In this document: positions 34,614 to 34,862 of the stretch, in pieces
Layout: each line of letters opens with the position of its first letter
Position numbering within the stretch: position 1 is the first letter of the stretch
Assembly (NCBI GenBank): GCA_944392285.1
Contig: CALXWF010000009.1
Coordinates: 1 to 34,862 of the forward strand
DNA length: 34,862 bases
Direction of reading: 5' to 3'
Source of the DNA: an uncultured Alphaproteobacteria bacterium
Lineage (GTDB): Bacteria; Pseudomonadota; Alphaproteobacteria; RF32; CAG-239
The notes under the pieces: generated by a model
Seen by the model: only the letters and a program-made list of their open reading frames with translations
Databases searched by the model: none
Told to the model about the DNA's origin: nothing
Translations under genes and position numbers: made by a program

Positions 34614-34862
34614 TTAAGCACATTTTATTTCTTCTTTTGACTGAAACTTGTCATTCAATTGTTGTAACACAAAATAAGCCATTTGCTCTATGACGGGAAT
34701 CGTAACGGAATTTCCGAATAACTTATATTGTTGAGTATCTGAAACTTCTTTCGGAAAAGAAAACATATCTGTTCCGTCCGATTGCTTAAAAGCATAATTT
34801 ATAAAGCCTTGCAATTTTCCCCATTCATTTGGAGTCATTACTCTAATGAATTTATCATTCAC
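34614..34862 (-). CDS. DNA (cytosine-5)-methyltransferase, C-terminal fragment (gene continues beyond the right edge)
   Basis: It has motif IX-like RVMTPNEWGKLQGF and motif X FGNSVTIPV. The reading frame is open to the window edge, so the M in the ORF track is an edge artefact. Confidence 0.85.
   Translation of the reverse strand: MNDKFIRVMTPNEWGKLQGFINYAFKQSDGTDMFSFPKEVSDTQQYKLFGNSVTIPVIEQMAYFVLQQLNDKFQSKEEIKCA

Larger units (their letters stand above)
30321..34862 (-). mobile_element. Putative integrative element next to tRNA-Gln (right end beyond the window; left end uncertain and could instead include the tRNA)
   Basis: The composition shifts visibly towards AT. Two serine recombinases, a Rep-like protein and a DNA methyltransferase all lie on one strand, and the recombinase ORF abuts or overlaps the tRNA 3' end. 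Confidence 0.6.

Overview
This 34.9-kb chromosomal window comes from a low-GC genome that looks alphaproteobacterial. That call is an inference from three things: the gene order zinc-ribbon/ftsEX/ydcF/plsC/DUF2125, the Ala/Lys-rich tail on S16, and the M23-peptidase plus bactofilin pair. The organism cannot be named from the sequence alone. About 30 kb is tightly packed housekeeping: gap-pgk, argS, ftsEX, plsC, rsmD, a pseudouridine synthase, tadA, smpB, an lmdC-like M23 peptidase with bactofilin, pgpA, ftsB, a large MscK-type channel, the ffh-rpsP-rimM-trmD-rplS operon, glyQS and a HAD hydrolase. Most units end in clear intrinsic terminators. Three regions are not ordinary. (1) From tRNA-Gln(UUG) at 30.25 kb to the right edge lies a visibly AT-rich, single-strand gene block. 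It reads partial C5 DNA methyltransferase, an inverted-repeat-rich 460-bp spacer, a small ORF, a 380-aa protein with rolling-circle-initiator-like motifs, a 283-aa truncated serine recombinase and a 554-aa large serine recombinase. The last ORF has no stop of its own and reads antisense through the tRNA terminator and tRNA-Gln. I interpret this as an integrative element of an architecture I do not recognise, and it is the best candidate for something new. (2) The 3' flank of tRNA-Thr(CGU) carries a 15-bp perfect duplicate of the tRNA 3' end, two copies of a ~63-bp module and a very GC-rich ~86-bp core with nested helices. Next to it is an AT-rich accessory block (lipoprotein, GT2, secreted single-HKD PLD/Nuc-like protein). 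(3) ffh has a ~210-nt GC-rich leader containing a 98-bp-spaced direct repeat that duplicates its own translation-initiation region. Other points are an aspartate-semialdehyde-dehydrogenase-like protein lacking both catalytic residues, a basic repeat protein, and a promoter/terminator-bracketed unit with two tiny hydrophobic ORFs. No rRNA genes or CRISPR arrays were seen, and no tmRNA or SRP RNA could be supported.
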